DNA of 43,932 nt, from assembly GCA_003451635.1 (NCBI GenBank), contig DMAT01000275.1:1-43932 (forward strand), written 5' to 3'. Both the position numbers and the translations under genes were made by a program. The DNA comes from Syntrophus sp. (in: bacteria) (lineage in GTDB: Bacteria > Desulfobacterota > Syntrophia > Syntrophales > UBA8958). Below are positions 1 through 8,232 of the stretch, piece after piece. Numbering within the stretch: position 1 is the stretch's first letter; every line of letters starts with the position of its first letter. The notes beneath the pieces are model-generated. The model ran no database searches and was not told the origin of the DNA. It saw only the letters and a program-made list of their open reading frames with translations.

Positions 1-83
1 ATCCCTGAACAAGGTATTTTACCAGTTCATGCTCCTTGTTCTTAACATGGAGCATGAACTGGTAAAATACCTTGTTCAGGGAT
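1..83. repeat. Perfect 35-bp inverted repeat at the window edge (arms 1-35 and 49-83, 13-nt spacer)
   Basis: ATCCCTGAACAAGGTATTTTACCAGTTCATGCTCC (1-35) is the exact reverse complement of 49-83. Read directly from the sequence. Confidence 0.95.
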
Positions 84-685
84 CAACGATTTCCAAAGGC
101 CGCGATCAAGCTTCCGTCAAAAGATTGTTCATGGATATATTACGGAATCTCAACGCCTTCATGGGTGATGTTTCGAACGTCGACGATGCCCTCCTAAATC
201 AATTGAAACAGCTTCGATCCTATGCCGAAGAATCCATATCCGCCCTTGAGACGCATCAGATCCTCAATGTTTTATCCCGGGAAAGTGACGGACCATATAT
301 TCTGCAGTTTCCCTTTGCTTTTCCCGAAGGGGTGCGCATGCAGGATATTTACATCGAGCGAGAAAATGAACAGGGAAAGGACGATGAAGGAAAGGGAGCG
401 TCGTTTAGAATGACTATTTATTTAGATCTTGATCAAATGGGCGAGATTGCCCTTGATGCGAGGTTTCAGGGTAAAAAGATAGATTGTGTCTTTCATTGTC
501 AAAATGAGGACATATCTCATTTTGTAGGAAATAATCTGGATGAACTGAAAGTAAAACTGGAGGGGGCAGGTTACGATGTGGGTGGGTTGCAATGTCTGGT
601 TGAAGAAAATGTTCATATAATGAGGCAGGAATATTTAGCTCGTCAGCCCTTCTATAACCGTTTAGCCCTCAATCTCTTTGCATGA
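2..685 (+). CDS. FliK-like flagellar hook-length control protein, C-terminal part (5'-partial; frame is open to the window start)
   Basis: The C-terminal segment RMTIYLDLDQMGEIALDARFQGKKIDCVFHCQNEDISHFVGNNLDELKVKLEGAGYDV fits the Flg_hook/FliK C-terminal pattern. The gene lies directly upstream of an FlhB-C paralog with an ATGA stop/start overlap. There is no stop between nt 2 and the first ATG at 29. The first ~45 nt may be artefactual because of the terminal palindrome. Confidence 0.55.
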   Translation, partial: SLNKVFYQFMLLVLNMEHELVKYLVQGSTISKGRDQASVKRLFMDILRNLNAFMGDVSNVDDALLNQLKQLRSYAEESISALETHQILNVLSRESDGPYILQFPFAFPEGVRMQDIYIERENEQGKDDEGKGASFRMTIYLDLDQMGEIALDARFQGKKIDCVFHCQNEDISHFVGNNLDELKVKLEGAGYDVGGLQCLVEENVHIMRQEYLARQPFYNRLALNLFA

Positions 686-987
686 GTGGGGAACGGATGA
701 AAAAACCGGGAAAACAGATTCTTGCCGCCGCCCTTCAGTATGATCAAGACAAGGACAAAGCTCCTAAAATTACGGCGAAAGGGAAAGGGCTTATTGCCGA
801 AAAAATTATCGAACTTGCCCGTGAAAATGGCATACCCATTCAACAAGACCCAGGTCTGGTACAAATCCTCTGTAAACTCGATATTGACGAGGAAATTCCC
901 GTAGAGCTTTACAGGGCTATCGCCGAACTGCTCGCCTTTGTCTATTCGATGAACGAGCGTAGCAAGGAGATGCCATCTAAGCTATAA
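682..987 (+). CDS. Stand-alone FlhB C-terminal-domain paralog (EscU/YscU/HrcU family, YlqH-like), no transmembrane part
   Basis: AAALQYDQDKDKAPKITAKGKGLIAEKIIELARENGIPIQQDPGLVQIL...IPVELYRAIAELLAFVY matches the FlhB_CC consensus (ALxYD..AP.V.AKG..A..I..A.e..iPi..d..L...L....eIP..ly.a.A..La.V). Only 101 aa, and no NPTH cleavage motif is present. Confidence 0.8.
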   Translation: MSGERMKKPGKQILAAALQYDQDKDKAPKITAKGKGLIAEKIIELARENGIPIQQDPGLVQILCKLDIDEEIPVELYRAIAELLAFVYSMNERSKEMPSKL

Positions 988-995
988 TTTTCAAC

Positions 996-1014
996 ATGGG
1001 AATATTTTTCCCAT
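996..1014. promoter_or_regulatory. Palindrome ATGGGAA-TATTT-TTCCCAT, about 115 nt upstream of the flgF sigma-54 promoter (candidate enhancer site, or a weak terminator hairpin)
   Basis: Perfect 7-bp arms read directly. Its position relative to the -24 element at 1119 is typical of enhancer-binding-protein sites. Confidence 0.35.
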
Positions 1015-1118
1015 TATTATATTCTCCATTACCTTAATCCAGCCACGCGGGGGGAGGAGATACGTGTGTTTTGAGGAGTTTGTTCAAAGAACAGCGTGAA
1101 GATGTTCATATGACCGGG

Positions 1119-1134
1119 TGGCATGTTCATTGCA
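1119..1134 (+). promoter_or_regulatory. Sigma-54 (-24/-12) promoter for flgF-flgG-flgA-flgH-flgI-flgJ
   Basis: TGGCAT-GTTCA-TTGCA matches TGGCAC-N5-TTGCW with correct GG/GC spacing. It lies 29 nt upstream of the ATG at 1163. Confidence 0.7.
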
Positions 1135-1162
1135 TATATTTCAAGTAAACGAAAGGTATTCC

Positions 1163-1873
1163 ATGGCAGGAGATATCAAGGACATTGCAAGTGCCGCCGA
1201 GCGGCTGGTGGTAAAATTAGAAAATGTCACCAACAATCTCGCCAATGCATCCACAATCGGTTTTAAGGAAGAGTATCTCCGGTCCATCTCCGAGAACGAT
1301 CTCCTGAATCAACAAGAAAATCAGGTGCCCGTTGACAGTCACAGCATAAACATGAGTCAGGGAATGATTCAGCAGACCGGGAATGCCCTGGATGTTGCTC
1401 TCGATGGGGACGGGTTTTTTGCCATACAGACCAAAGATGGAGAATTATATACCAGGAAAGGGAATTTTCACCTGAATAAAAACAGTGAAATTGTCACTTC
1501 TGCCGGTGAACCTGTTTTAGGCGATAGAGGCCCTATTGTAGCAAAAGGGAAAAATATAAATATTGATCAGCAGGGCTTGATAACTGTCGATGGCGGTCAG
1601 ATTGGAAAATTGAAAGTCGTCACGTTTGCCCAGCCAAAAATGCTGGAAAGAGCTGGAAATGGTGTTTTCAGCGCTCCAGCCGCGGCAGGTGTGAAGGTTA
1701 AAGATAATCCCCAAATTGTATCGAACTCGGTCGAACTATCAAATGTCAATGCAGTGCAGCAGATGGTTACGATGATTGAAATTCAGCGAACTATGGAAAC
1801 ATATCAAAAACTTATTCAAACAATCACAGAGCAAGACAAAATTTCGACAACTCGTGTCGGCAGACTCATGTAA
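1163..1873 (+). CDS. flgF: Flagellar basal-body rod protein FlgF
   Basis: N-terminal rod motif NNLANASTIGFK. DGDGFF, TRKGNF and C-terminal VELSNVN...MV.MIE.QR motifs are also present. Start set at ATG 1163 (GAAAGG SD) because the 1118 extension would contain the sigma-54 promoter. Confidence 0.85.
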   Translation: MAGDIKDIASAAERLVVKLENVTNNLANASTIGFKEEYLRSISENDLLNQQENQVPVDSHSINMSQGMIQQTGNALDVALDGDGFFAIQTKDGELYTRKGNFHLNKNSEIVTSAGEPVLGDRGPIVAKGKNINIDQQGLITVDGGQIGKLKVVTFAQPKMLERAGNGVFSAPAAAGVKVKDNPQIVSNSVELSNVNAVQQMVTMIEIQRTMETYQKLIQTITEQDKISTTRVGRLM

Positions 1874-1885
1874 AAGGAGGTCAAA

Positions 1886-2668
1886 ATGATCCGCTCGTTA
1901 TGGACGGCAGCAACAGTAATGAACGCACAATCTATGGAGCAGGATATCATTGCCAATAATCTGGCCAACGTCAACACGACAGGCTTCAAAAGATCTCGTG
2001 TGGATTTCCAGGATCTTATGTACCAAATTGGTTCTAAATCCGGAACAGAAACCACGGCCGGGGTAAGATTACCTACGGGCATTGAGGTTGGAATGGGCGT
2101 CAAGGTCGTATCTATACAGAAATTGTTTAATCAGGGAGATTTCCAGCAGACAGGCAACCAATTTGACTGGGCAATTGAAGGAGAAGGTTTCTTTCAACTG
2201 GATAACAATGGGCAGACCGTTTATTCGCGGGCAGGTAATTGGAAGATCGACAAGAATGGCATGCTCGTGAATTCCGACGGCCTGAAACTCCTCCCCAATG
2301 TGACAATACCTACGGCGGCAGTAACTTTTACTGTCGACAAAAGCGGCACCTGGTCGGCGACAGACAAAGCGGGGACAGTGATTTCTTCAGGTTCGCTCCA
2401 ACTGGCCAGATTTATCAATCCCGGCGGTTTGACTAGCTTGGGCAGAAATACATACGAAAAATCGGAAAGCTCCGGTGACCCGCAGCTTGGTACCCCCGGA
2501 GTAGAAGGCAACGGCACTATCGCTCAGTTCACTCTTGAAATGTCCAATGTCAGCGTCATTGAAGAAATGATAAAGATGATCGCTGGTCAACGGGCCTACG
2601 AAATCGATTCGAAGGCGGTGCAAACGGCGGACACGATGCTGTCACTCGTTGCTAATTTGAAGAGGTAA
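1886..2668 (+). CDS. flgG: Flagellar distal rod protein FlgG
   Basis: MIRSLWTAATVMNAQSMEQDIIANNLANVNTTGFKRSRVDFQDLMYQ plus C-terminal LEMSNVSVIEEMIKMIAGQRAYE are canonical FlgG. Strong SD AAGGAGG. Confidence 0.95.
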   Translation: MIRSLWTAATVMNAQSMEQDIIANNLANVNTTGFKRSRVDFQDLMYQIGSKSGTETTAGVRLPTGIEVGMGVKVVSIQKLFNQGDFQQTGNQFDWAIEGEGFFQLDNNGQTVYSRAGNWKIDKNGMLVNSDGLKLLPNVTIPTAAVTFTVDKSGTWSATDKAGTVISSGSLQLARFINPGGLTSLGRNTYEKSESSGDPQLGTPGVEGNGTIAQFTLEMSNVSVIEEMIKMIAGQRAYEIDSKAVQTADTMLSLVANLKR

Positions 2669-2672
2669 TGTC

Positions 2673-3404
2673 ATGAACAGGTTCCCCCATGTTAAACTTC
2701 TGCTTTTCCTTGCGTCTATGTCGATTTTGATAATCAATAATGCCCATGCAGGGATTCAAAAGGAAGTGAAGTTCACCCAGGGACGCATACACAATCTCGT
2801 TCAGGACTATATTGAAGAAAATATGCCCTGGTCGAAAGACGCCGTTCGCTTCGAGTTTGCTTCGCAAAGAGATGATATTGTGTTGCAGGGCGAAAAAATA
2901 TCCCACAGGATTGTAGAATTACACAATCAGGGCTACATAGGTGAGTCTCGATTTTCAGTCAAATACTATGATCGTAATACCTTCATCAGGGAGTCGATCG
3001 TCAGGGTTAAAATGGAAGTACAGAGAGATATCGTTGTTGCCAGCCGCAGTCTTTCTCGGGATATCCAGATTGGAGAGGCTGATGTCCATGTCGTTAAAAA
3101 ATGGGTAAGCCGTATGGCCCCCAACATTGTCAGTAATCCCAGGGAAGCGATCGGAAAAAGGCTTACGGTCGGCGCCGCTGCCAACGAGGAAATTCAAGCT
3201 GGCTATCTGAAAAGGCCAATTTTAATAAAAAGAGGGGCCCCCGTGCGGATCGTTTATGAAAGGGGTGCCTTATCCGTCAGCGCCCTGGGGTATTCCGAAG
3301 AGGACGGTGTGTCGGGCGGAATGGTACGAATCAAAAATGCGGCGTCAAAAAAGGCGGTACATGCCCGGGTTATCGATGATTCGAGTGTTGCCATAGAATT
3401 TTAG
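2673..3404 (+). CDS. flgA: Flagellar P-ring assembly chaperone FlgA
   Basis: Signal peptide. C-terminal pattern IKRGAPVRIVYERGALSVSALGYSEEDGVSGGMVRIKNAASKKAVHARV is typical of FlgA. Position between flgG and flgH. Confidence 0.8.
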   Translation: MNRFPHVKLLLFLASMSILIINNAHAGIQKEVKFTQGRIHNLVQDYIEENMPWSKDAVRFEFASQRDDIVLQGEKISHRIVELHNQGYIGESRFSVKYYDRNTFIRESIVRVKMEVQRDIVVASRSLSRDIQIGEADVHVVKKWVSRMAPNIVSNPREAIGKRLTVGAAANEEIQAGYLKRPILIKRGAPVRIVYERGALSVSALGYSEEDGVSGGMVRIKNAASKKAVHARVIDDSSVAIEF

Positions 3405-3413
3405 GTGATCATC

Positions 3414-4100
3414 ATGAAGAAAAAAATATTATTGGCCGCTATCCTGATACTCTGCACCGGTTGCGTTGAATCTGAACATGCGGTTAAGAAGGAGCCATTA
3501 ATAACCCAACTTCCCCAGCCGGCACAAGTAACCTCTGCCCCCGCGTCTCTCTGGCCCGGGGAAAGCAACAGAAATATGCTTTTTGCGGACAACAAGGCAC
3601 GATATTTAAATGATATCGTCACGATCGTAATTTCCGAGGCCTCTACAGGGTCCAATGATGCAAGCACCAACACAAGTAGGGCCACATCAACCAACGCCGG
3701 TATATCTGCCCTTTTTGGAATTGATACATCAATCATTAACAAGAATCCAAACATGGGGACATCCATATCGGTGGGAGGCGGATCTGCCAACAACATGAAA
3801 GGGCAGGGCGATACTTCCCGGAGTTCTAAGATGAATGCACAAATAGCGGGAAGGATCATTAAGGTATTTGATAACGGCAATATGGTAATCGAGGGTCGAA
3901 GGCAGGTAACAGTCAATGCCGAAGATCAATATATCGTGATTACCGGAATTATCCGTCCTGAAGATGTGACACCGGAAAACTTTGTTCACTCCCGTAATAT
4001 TTCCGATGCCCGGATAGTTTATACGGGGATGGGAGTCATTAACGACAAATCCCATCCCGGTTGGGGAACGAGGATTCTGGACTGGGTCTGGCCTTTTTAA
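3414..4100 (+). CDS. flgH: Flagellar L-ring lipoprotein FlgH
   Basis: MKKKILLAAILILCTGC lipoprotein-type signal. SLW...NRNMLFADNKARYLNDIVTIVISE and IAGRIIKVFDNGNMVIEG motifs. ATG 3414 has SD AGGTGA 5 nt upstream. GTG 3405 is the alternative start. Confidence 0.9.
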   Translation: MKKKILLAAILILCTGCVESEHAVKKEPLITQLPQPAQVTSAPASLWPGESNRNMLFADNKARYLNDIVTIVISEASTGSNDASTNTSRATSTNAGISALFGIDTSIINKNPNMGTSISVGGGSANNMKGQGDTSRSSKMNAQIAGRIIKVFDNGNMVIEGRRQVTVNAEDQYIVITGIIRPEDVTPENFVHSRNISDARIVYTGMGVINDKSHPGWGTRILDWVWPF

Positions 4101-4179
4101 TAAGATTATGAAGAACTCCACAAAAAACCCAGTTTCCTCCCTCCCTTCGCGGGAGGGTATTGAGGGGAGGGGTCACAAA

Positions 4180-5367
4180 ATGATAAAAAAAATAGCCTTG
4201 GTAATGATTTGTTTGCTTATGCTTGTCGAGCCTCTCTGGGCGGCTCGCATCAAGGACATTGCCGCTATTGGCGGTGTAAGAACAAACCAGCTCGTCGGGT
4301 ATGGTCTCGTAGTCGGCCTTATGGGTACGGGAGATGACGTAAAGAACGGTTTTACAAGAGAAACCATAGCAAACATGCTCAGTCGTCAGGGCCTTTCCAT
4401 ACGGTCAAGGGATCCGGCTACTCTCCTGGATCGGGATCTCAAGGCAAAAAATGTCGCCTCCGTTATGGTAACAGCCACATTGCCGGCTTTTGCCAAGAAT
4501 GGGACAAGGATTGACGCTCTTGTATCTTCTATGGGCGACGCCACGAGTATGCAGGGGGGAACGCTGATCATGACGCCCCTGCGGGCGCCGAACGGTGATA
4601 TCTATGCTGTTGCCCAGGGCGGTCTTGTCATCGGTGGTTTCAGCGCCGGCGGCGCCAACGCCTCTGCTATGAAAAATCAAACAAATGTCGGCGTCGTACC
4701 GAACGGAGCCCTTGTGGAAAAGGAGATTCCCTTCAGTCTTGAGGATGCAAAATCTTTAACGATCAATCTTTTTTATCCCGACTTCACCACCTCCAGGCAA
4801 ATGGCCCAGAGACTAAATACGATGATGAATATTCAGCTTGAAGCGCAAGCTAAAGATTCTGCCACCGTGGCAATCAAACTAAAAGATGCATATAAAAATA
4901 ATGTTATGGACATTATTTCGGAACTCGAAAATCTCGATGTCAGTATCTCCACGCCTGCCGTTGTCGTCATTAATGAAAAGACAGGAACCGTCGTCATGGG
5001 TGAGATGGTGAGGATTTCTACGGTAGCGGTCGCCCACGGGAATCTCACCATACAGATTAAGGAAACCCCGATTATTTCCCAACCACTGCCGTTTTCCCCA
5101 CAAGCAACGGCGGGTTCGACGCCGATGGTCAGCACTGGGAAGGATGGAACGATCGTCGCCCCCGGAGGTCAGACTGTTGTCGCAAAGGATACCAAATTAT
5201 CTGTGACGGAAGATAAGAAGCAACTGATGGTGGTTCCCAGAGGCGTCTCTATTCAGGAAGTTGTCCAGGCCTTAAATGCGATCGGCGTGACGCCGCGAGA
5301 TCTTATCTCGATTCTCCAGGCTATCAAGACGGCCGGTGCCCTTCAGGCCGATCTGCGGGTAATGTAG
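4180..5367 (+). CDS. flgI: Flagellar P-ring protein FlgI
   Basis: MIKKIALVMICLLMLVEPLWAARIKDIAAIGGVRTNQLVGYGLVVGLMGTGD is the canonical FlgI N-terminus with signal peptide. SD GAGGGGAGG precedes ATG 4180, and the 4108 extension is non-homologous. Confidence 0.9.
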   Translation: MIKKIALVMICLLMLVEPLWAARIKDIAAIGGVRTNQLVGYGLVVGLMGTGDDVKNGFTRETIANMLSRQGLSIRSRDPATLLDRDLKAKNVASVMVTATLPAFAKNGTRIDALVSSMGDATSMQGGTLIMTPLRAPNGDIYAVAQGGLVIGGFSAGGANASAMKNQTNVGVVPNGALVEKEIPFSLEDAKSLTINLFYPDFTTSRQMAQRLNTMMNIQLEAQAKDSATVAIKLKDAYKNNVMDIISELENLDVSISTPAVVVINEKTGTVVMGEMVRISTVAVAHGNLTIQIKETPIISQPLPFSPQATAGSTPMVSTGKDGTIVAPGGQTVVAKDTKLSVTEDKKQLMVVPRGVSIQEVVQALNAIGVTPRDLISILQAIKTAGALQADLRVM

Positions 5368-5379
5368 GAGGTGGAGCCT

Positions 5380-5709
5380 ATGGATATTGTGATAAACATT
5401 AAAGATTCAACGGCTGCGGGAAACGTTCAGGCCAAACCCTTGACGCTGAAGCAGATCGAAGATAACAAAAAACTAAAAAAGGCGTGCGCCGATTTCGAAG
5501 CAATTCTTACTTATAATCTTTTCAAAGCCATGAGAAAGACGATTCCAGCCGGAGGGGCCATCAACACAATCGCCGGGAAAGATACGTTTGATATGCTCAT
5601 GGACCAGAAGGTTGCAGAGGATCTTTCCAAGAAGAACGGCGGATTGGGGATTCAAAAAATATTGTATAACCAGCTTGTCATAAAGGCCAATAATAACAAT
5701 GGTCAATAA
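5380..5709 (+). CDS. flgJ: FlgJ-type rod-binding protein (N-terminal rod-binding domain only, no peptidoglycan hydrolase domain)
   Basis: ACADFEAILTYNLFKAMRKT...FDMLMDQKVAEDLSK is the Rod-binding motif. Only ~109 aa. AGGAGG SD lies 8 nt before ATG 5380. Confidence 0.75.
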   Translation: MDIVINIKDSTAAGNVQAKPLTLKQIEDNKKLKKACADFEAILTYNLFKAMRKTIPAGGAINTIAGKDTFDMLMDQKVAEDLSKKNGGLGIQKILYNQLVIKANNNNGQ

Positions 5710-5717
5710 ATATTGAT

Positions 5718-5745
5718 TAAAGTATTTTCCCATCGATACCGATAG
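5718..5745 (+). promoter_or_regulatory. Sigma-28 (FliA)-type promoter upstream of flgM
   Basis: TAAAG-N15-ACCGATAG compared with consensus TAAA-N15-GCCGATAA. Located in the flgJ-flgM gap. Confidence 0.65.
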
Positions 5746-5778
5746 TGATTGTGAAAGAGACATTGTGGGAGGCGGAAT

Positions 5779-6087
5779 ATGAAAATTACAGATAAGGGGA
5801 ATACGCCGATCAGCATCATTCAGCAGTACCAGAAGAATGAAGACCCCAAGGCAGCTGTGCATAAACAAGCGCCCCAACCTGAGGCGAATCCTGAGGAGAA
5901 GGTCAGTATTTCCAAGGAATCCAAAGATGCCGGGATGATGAGGGGAATTATAAGTAATCTTACTGATATCAGAGAAGACAAGGTCCAGGAACTGAAAACG
6001 CGGATTGAAAATGGGACCTATGAAGTGAAGTCTGAAGACATTGCCAGGAAGATCGTTGCCGAATCGCTAATTGACATATTTGCGTAG
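5779..6087 (+). CDS. flgM: Anti-sigma-28 factor FlgM
   Basis: Small (102 aa). KVSISKES segment and C-terminal KVQELKTRIENGTYEVKSEDIARKIV are typical of FlgM. Position before flgN-flgK. Confidence 0.8.
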   Translation: MKITDKGNTPISIIQQYQKNEDPKAAVHKQAPQPEANPEEKVSISKESKDAGMMRGIISNLTDIREDKVQELKTRIENGTYEVKSEDIARKIVAESLIDIFA

Positions 6088-6101
6088 CCTAAAAGGGTCA
6101 T

Positions 6102-6127
6102 CCGGGTGGGAAATATTTTCCGCCCGG
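6102..6127 (+). terminator. GC-rich hairpin after flgM (possible terminator). Its core GGAAA-TAT-TTTCC (6109-6121) is also a candidate enhancer site for the flgN sigma-54 promoter.
   Basis: CCGGGTGGGAA/TTTCCGCCCGG pairs over 11 bp (two G-U pairs). No clear U-tract follows, so terminator function is uncertain. Confidence 0.35.
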
Positions 6128-6248
6128 TTGCACTGAAAAGAACCTCTCTCACCTTAAGACAATCCAAATTCTGACCATACATCCTGTGAAGTAATATATA
6201 TACTAGTAAATATAATGACATGTATGATGCGTGGGCATGATTCATCAG

Positions 6249-6264
6249 TGGCATAACCTTTGCT
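6249..6264 (+). promoter_or_regulatory. Sigma-54 (-24/-12) promoter for flgN-flgK-flgL(-csrA-fliW)
   Basis: TGGCAT-AACCT-TTGCT is a good match to TGGCAC-N5-TTGCW. It lies 52 nt upstream of the flgN ATG. Confidence 0.7.
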
Positions 6265-6315
6265 ATCTCAAGTTACAAAGAACATTTTTCAACTACCTCT
6301 TCTGAAAGGACAGAT

Positions 6316-6822
6316 ATGAGTAAAACAGAGCTCCTCAATTCCCTTCTGGGCGTCATGGATGATGAAAGAGACAATTATGAGCTTCTCCTGGGAATCCTGG
6401 ACGATGAAAAAGAGGTGTTAATCCGGTCTAATCTTCAGGAGCTGATCGCAAGCAATACCCGTAAAGAAATGATCGTTAGAAAAAGTATGGTACTCGAAAG
6501 ATCAAGAAGAGATATATTAAGAGAAATTGGCGCCGCATTCAACATTCAGGACTCAAGGATCACGATGAGCCTGCTGATCAAGAGGGTGGAAGAGGCTCAA
6601 AAAGAGGAATTGGAAGCATTATGGAGCCGCCTTTCGAATCTTATCCAGGATGTACTCAAAAAAAACAAGGCAAATCAATCCTTGGCAGCCGCATCGGCAG
6701 GGTATGTAAATAGCTGGGCGCAGTTGCTGAAAAATCTGATGCATCCGGCGTCATCTTATGAGAGTACGGGAAAATTCGCAAATAACGCAAGCTATGGACG
6801 TATATTAAACAGCATAGGATAG
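6316..6822 (+). CDS. flgN: Flagellar export chaperone FlgN (for FlgK/FlgL)
   Basis: Helical 168-aa protein with an FlgN-like N-terminus (LL..L..E...Y..LL..L..E...L). Conserved position between flgM and flgK. Confidence 0.7.
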   Translation: MSKTELLNSLLGVMDDERDNYELLLGILDDEKEVLIRSNLQELIASNTRKEMIVRKSMVLERSRRDILREIGAAFNIQDSRITMSLLIKRVEEAQKEELEALWSRLSNLIQDVLKKNKANQSLAAASAGYVNSWAQLLKNLMHPASSYESTGKFANNASYGRILNSIG

Positions 6823-6826
6823 AATC

Positions 6827-8209
6827 ATGTCGCTAAGTGGTCTGTTACAAGTTTCAAGAAATGCCCTTGCCTCCTATCAGATGGCGATCGATGTGACGGG
6901 CGGTAATATCGCCAATGTCAGCACCCCCGGTTACAGTCGTCAGCGTCCTGTTCTCAGGGCAACAGGTGACGTACAGGGTGGGGCGACAAATACCCAGATG
7001 AGTGTCGAGGTTACGAAAGTTGACAGATTCTTTGATAGTTACCTGGAAGTGCAGATCGTGGATCAGCAACAGAAAGCAGGTTATAGCAAAACGGAAAGCA
7101 GTTTGCTGGGAAGAATAGAATTAATCTTTAATGAGGCTAAAGGCGCCGGGTTAAACGATGTTATGGGACGTTTTTGGGGGGCATGGGATGATCTGGCGAT
7201 CAATCCCGGCGGCCAGGTGGAGAGGGACGCCCTGGTTTCCGTATCGGAAGAACTTGCTTCCAGATTCAATACAATGGCTGCGGATCTGGAGGATATTAAA
7301 CAGGATGCGAATCTGAGTATTAAAGACACCATTTTGGAAATCAACAAATTGACAAGTAACATTGCCGATGTGAACAAGGCAATTACTGAAAGAGGGAATA
7401 TTAGTGGAGAATCAAACCGATTATTGGACGAGCGGTCGGAACTCTTAAAATCACTCAGTGAACTTATAGATTTGAACTATGTCGTTGACTCCAACGGCGC
7501 CCTGAATGTTTTCTTACCAAATGGCAAGCAGATAGTTACAGGAAACCTTGCCTGGGAGCTTGATTTTAGAAATGAACACGTTGTCTCTAAGCAATCACCC
7601 ACTGAGAGTATGGATGAAATCCTGTCTCAGGGAGACAAGGGAAAGCTTGCCGCCCTGCTTAATGTGCGGGACGATTATATTCCTAGTTATCAGGAGAAAC
7701 TGGATGATCTTGCCAAAGAGATCATTACCCAGGTGAATAATTTGCACAAAGAAGGTTATGACGCCTATCAGAATACAGGCAATGATTTCTTCGTCCCCGC
7801 CGGATCAGATAATATAGCCAAAAAGATGGCCGTGAAGACTGAAATTATCAATGATGTAAACAGGGTCGCCGCATCCGCGGTCGTTTCAGCCGGAAACGGC
7901 GAAATTGCCCGGGAAATATCAGCCATGAAAGATAAACTGCTCATGAACAGCGATACTGCAACCTTTGGCAGTTATTATGGATCCATGATTGGACAGATAG
8001 GGCGTGATGTTGCGGACGCAAATAGCAATGCCATACATCAGGATGCCATCCTTACCCAATTGGTCAGTCATCGCGATTCAGCGTCGGGTGTTTCTGTTGA
8101 CGAAGAGATGATGAACATACTTAAATATCAGATGGGATATAATGCCGCAGGGCGGCTTTGTCAGACGGTGAATGAGCTTTTAGATACGCTTATGAATCTG
8201 GGCAGATAA
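6827..8209 (+). CDS. flgK: Flagellar hook-associated protein 1 FlgK
   Basis: N-terminal ALASYQMAIDVTGGNIANVSTPGYSRQR and C-terminal SGVSVDEEMMNILKYQMGYNAAGRL are canonical FlgK. Confidence 0.9.
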   Translation: MSLSGLLQVSRNALASYQMAIDVTGGNIANVSTPGYSRQRPVLRATGDVQGGATNTQMSVEVTKVDRFFDSYLEVQIVDQQQKAGYSKTESSLLGRIELIFNEAKGAGLNDVMGRFWGAWDDLAINPGGQVERDALVSVSEELASRFNTMAADLEDIKQDANLSIKDTILEINKLTSNIADVNKAITERGNISGESNRLLDERSELLKSLSELIDLNYVVDSNGALNVFLPNGKQIVTGNLAWELDFRNEHVVSKQSPTESMDEILSQGDKGKLAALLNVRDDYIPSYQEKLDDLAKEIITQVNNLHKEGYDAYQNTGNDFFVPAGSDNIAKKMAVKTEIINDVNRVAASAVVSAGNGEIAREISAMKDKLLMNSDTATFGSYYGSMIGQIGRDVADANSNAIHQDAILTQLVSHRDSASGVSVDEEMMNILKYQMGYNAAGRLCQTVNELLDTLMNLGR

Positions 8210-8232
8210 AATATTTAATATAGGTGTGAGCC

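Noticed and set aside
1118-1162. Longer N-terminal extension of FlgF (start 1118), and similarly of FlgI (4108-4179), FlgJ (5371) and the C-methyltransferase (28677-28748)
   Set aside because: The extensions are non-homologous and lack an SD. In the FlgF case the extension would contain the sigma-54 promoter. Internal starts have good SDs or ATGA coupling and give canonical N-termini.
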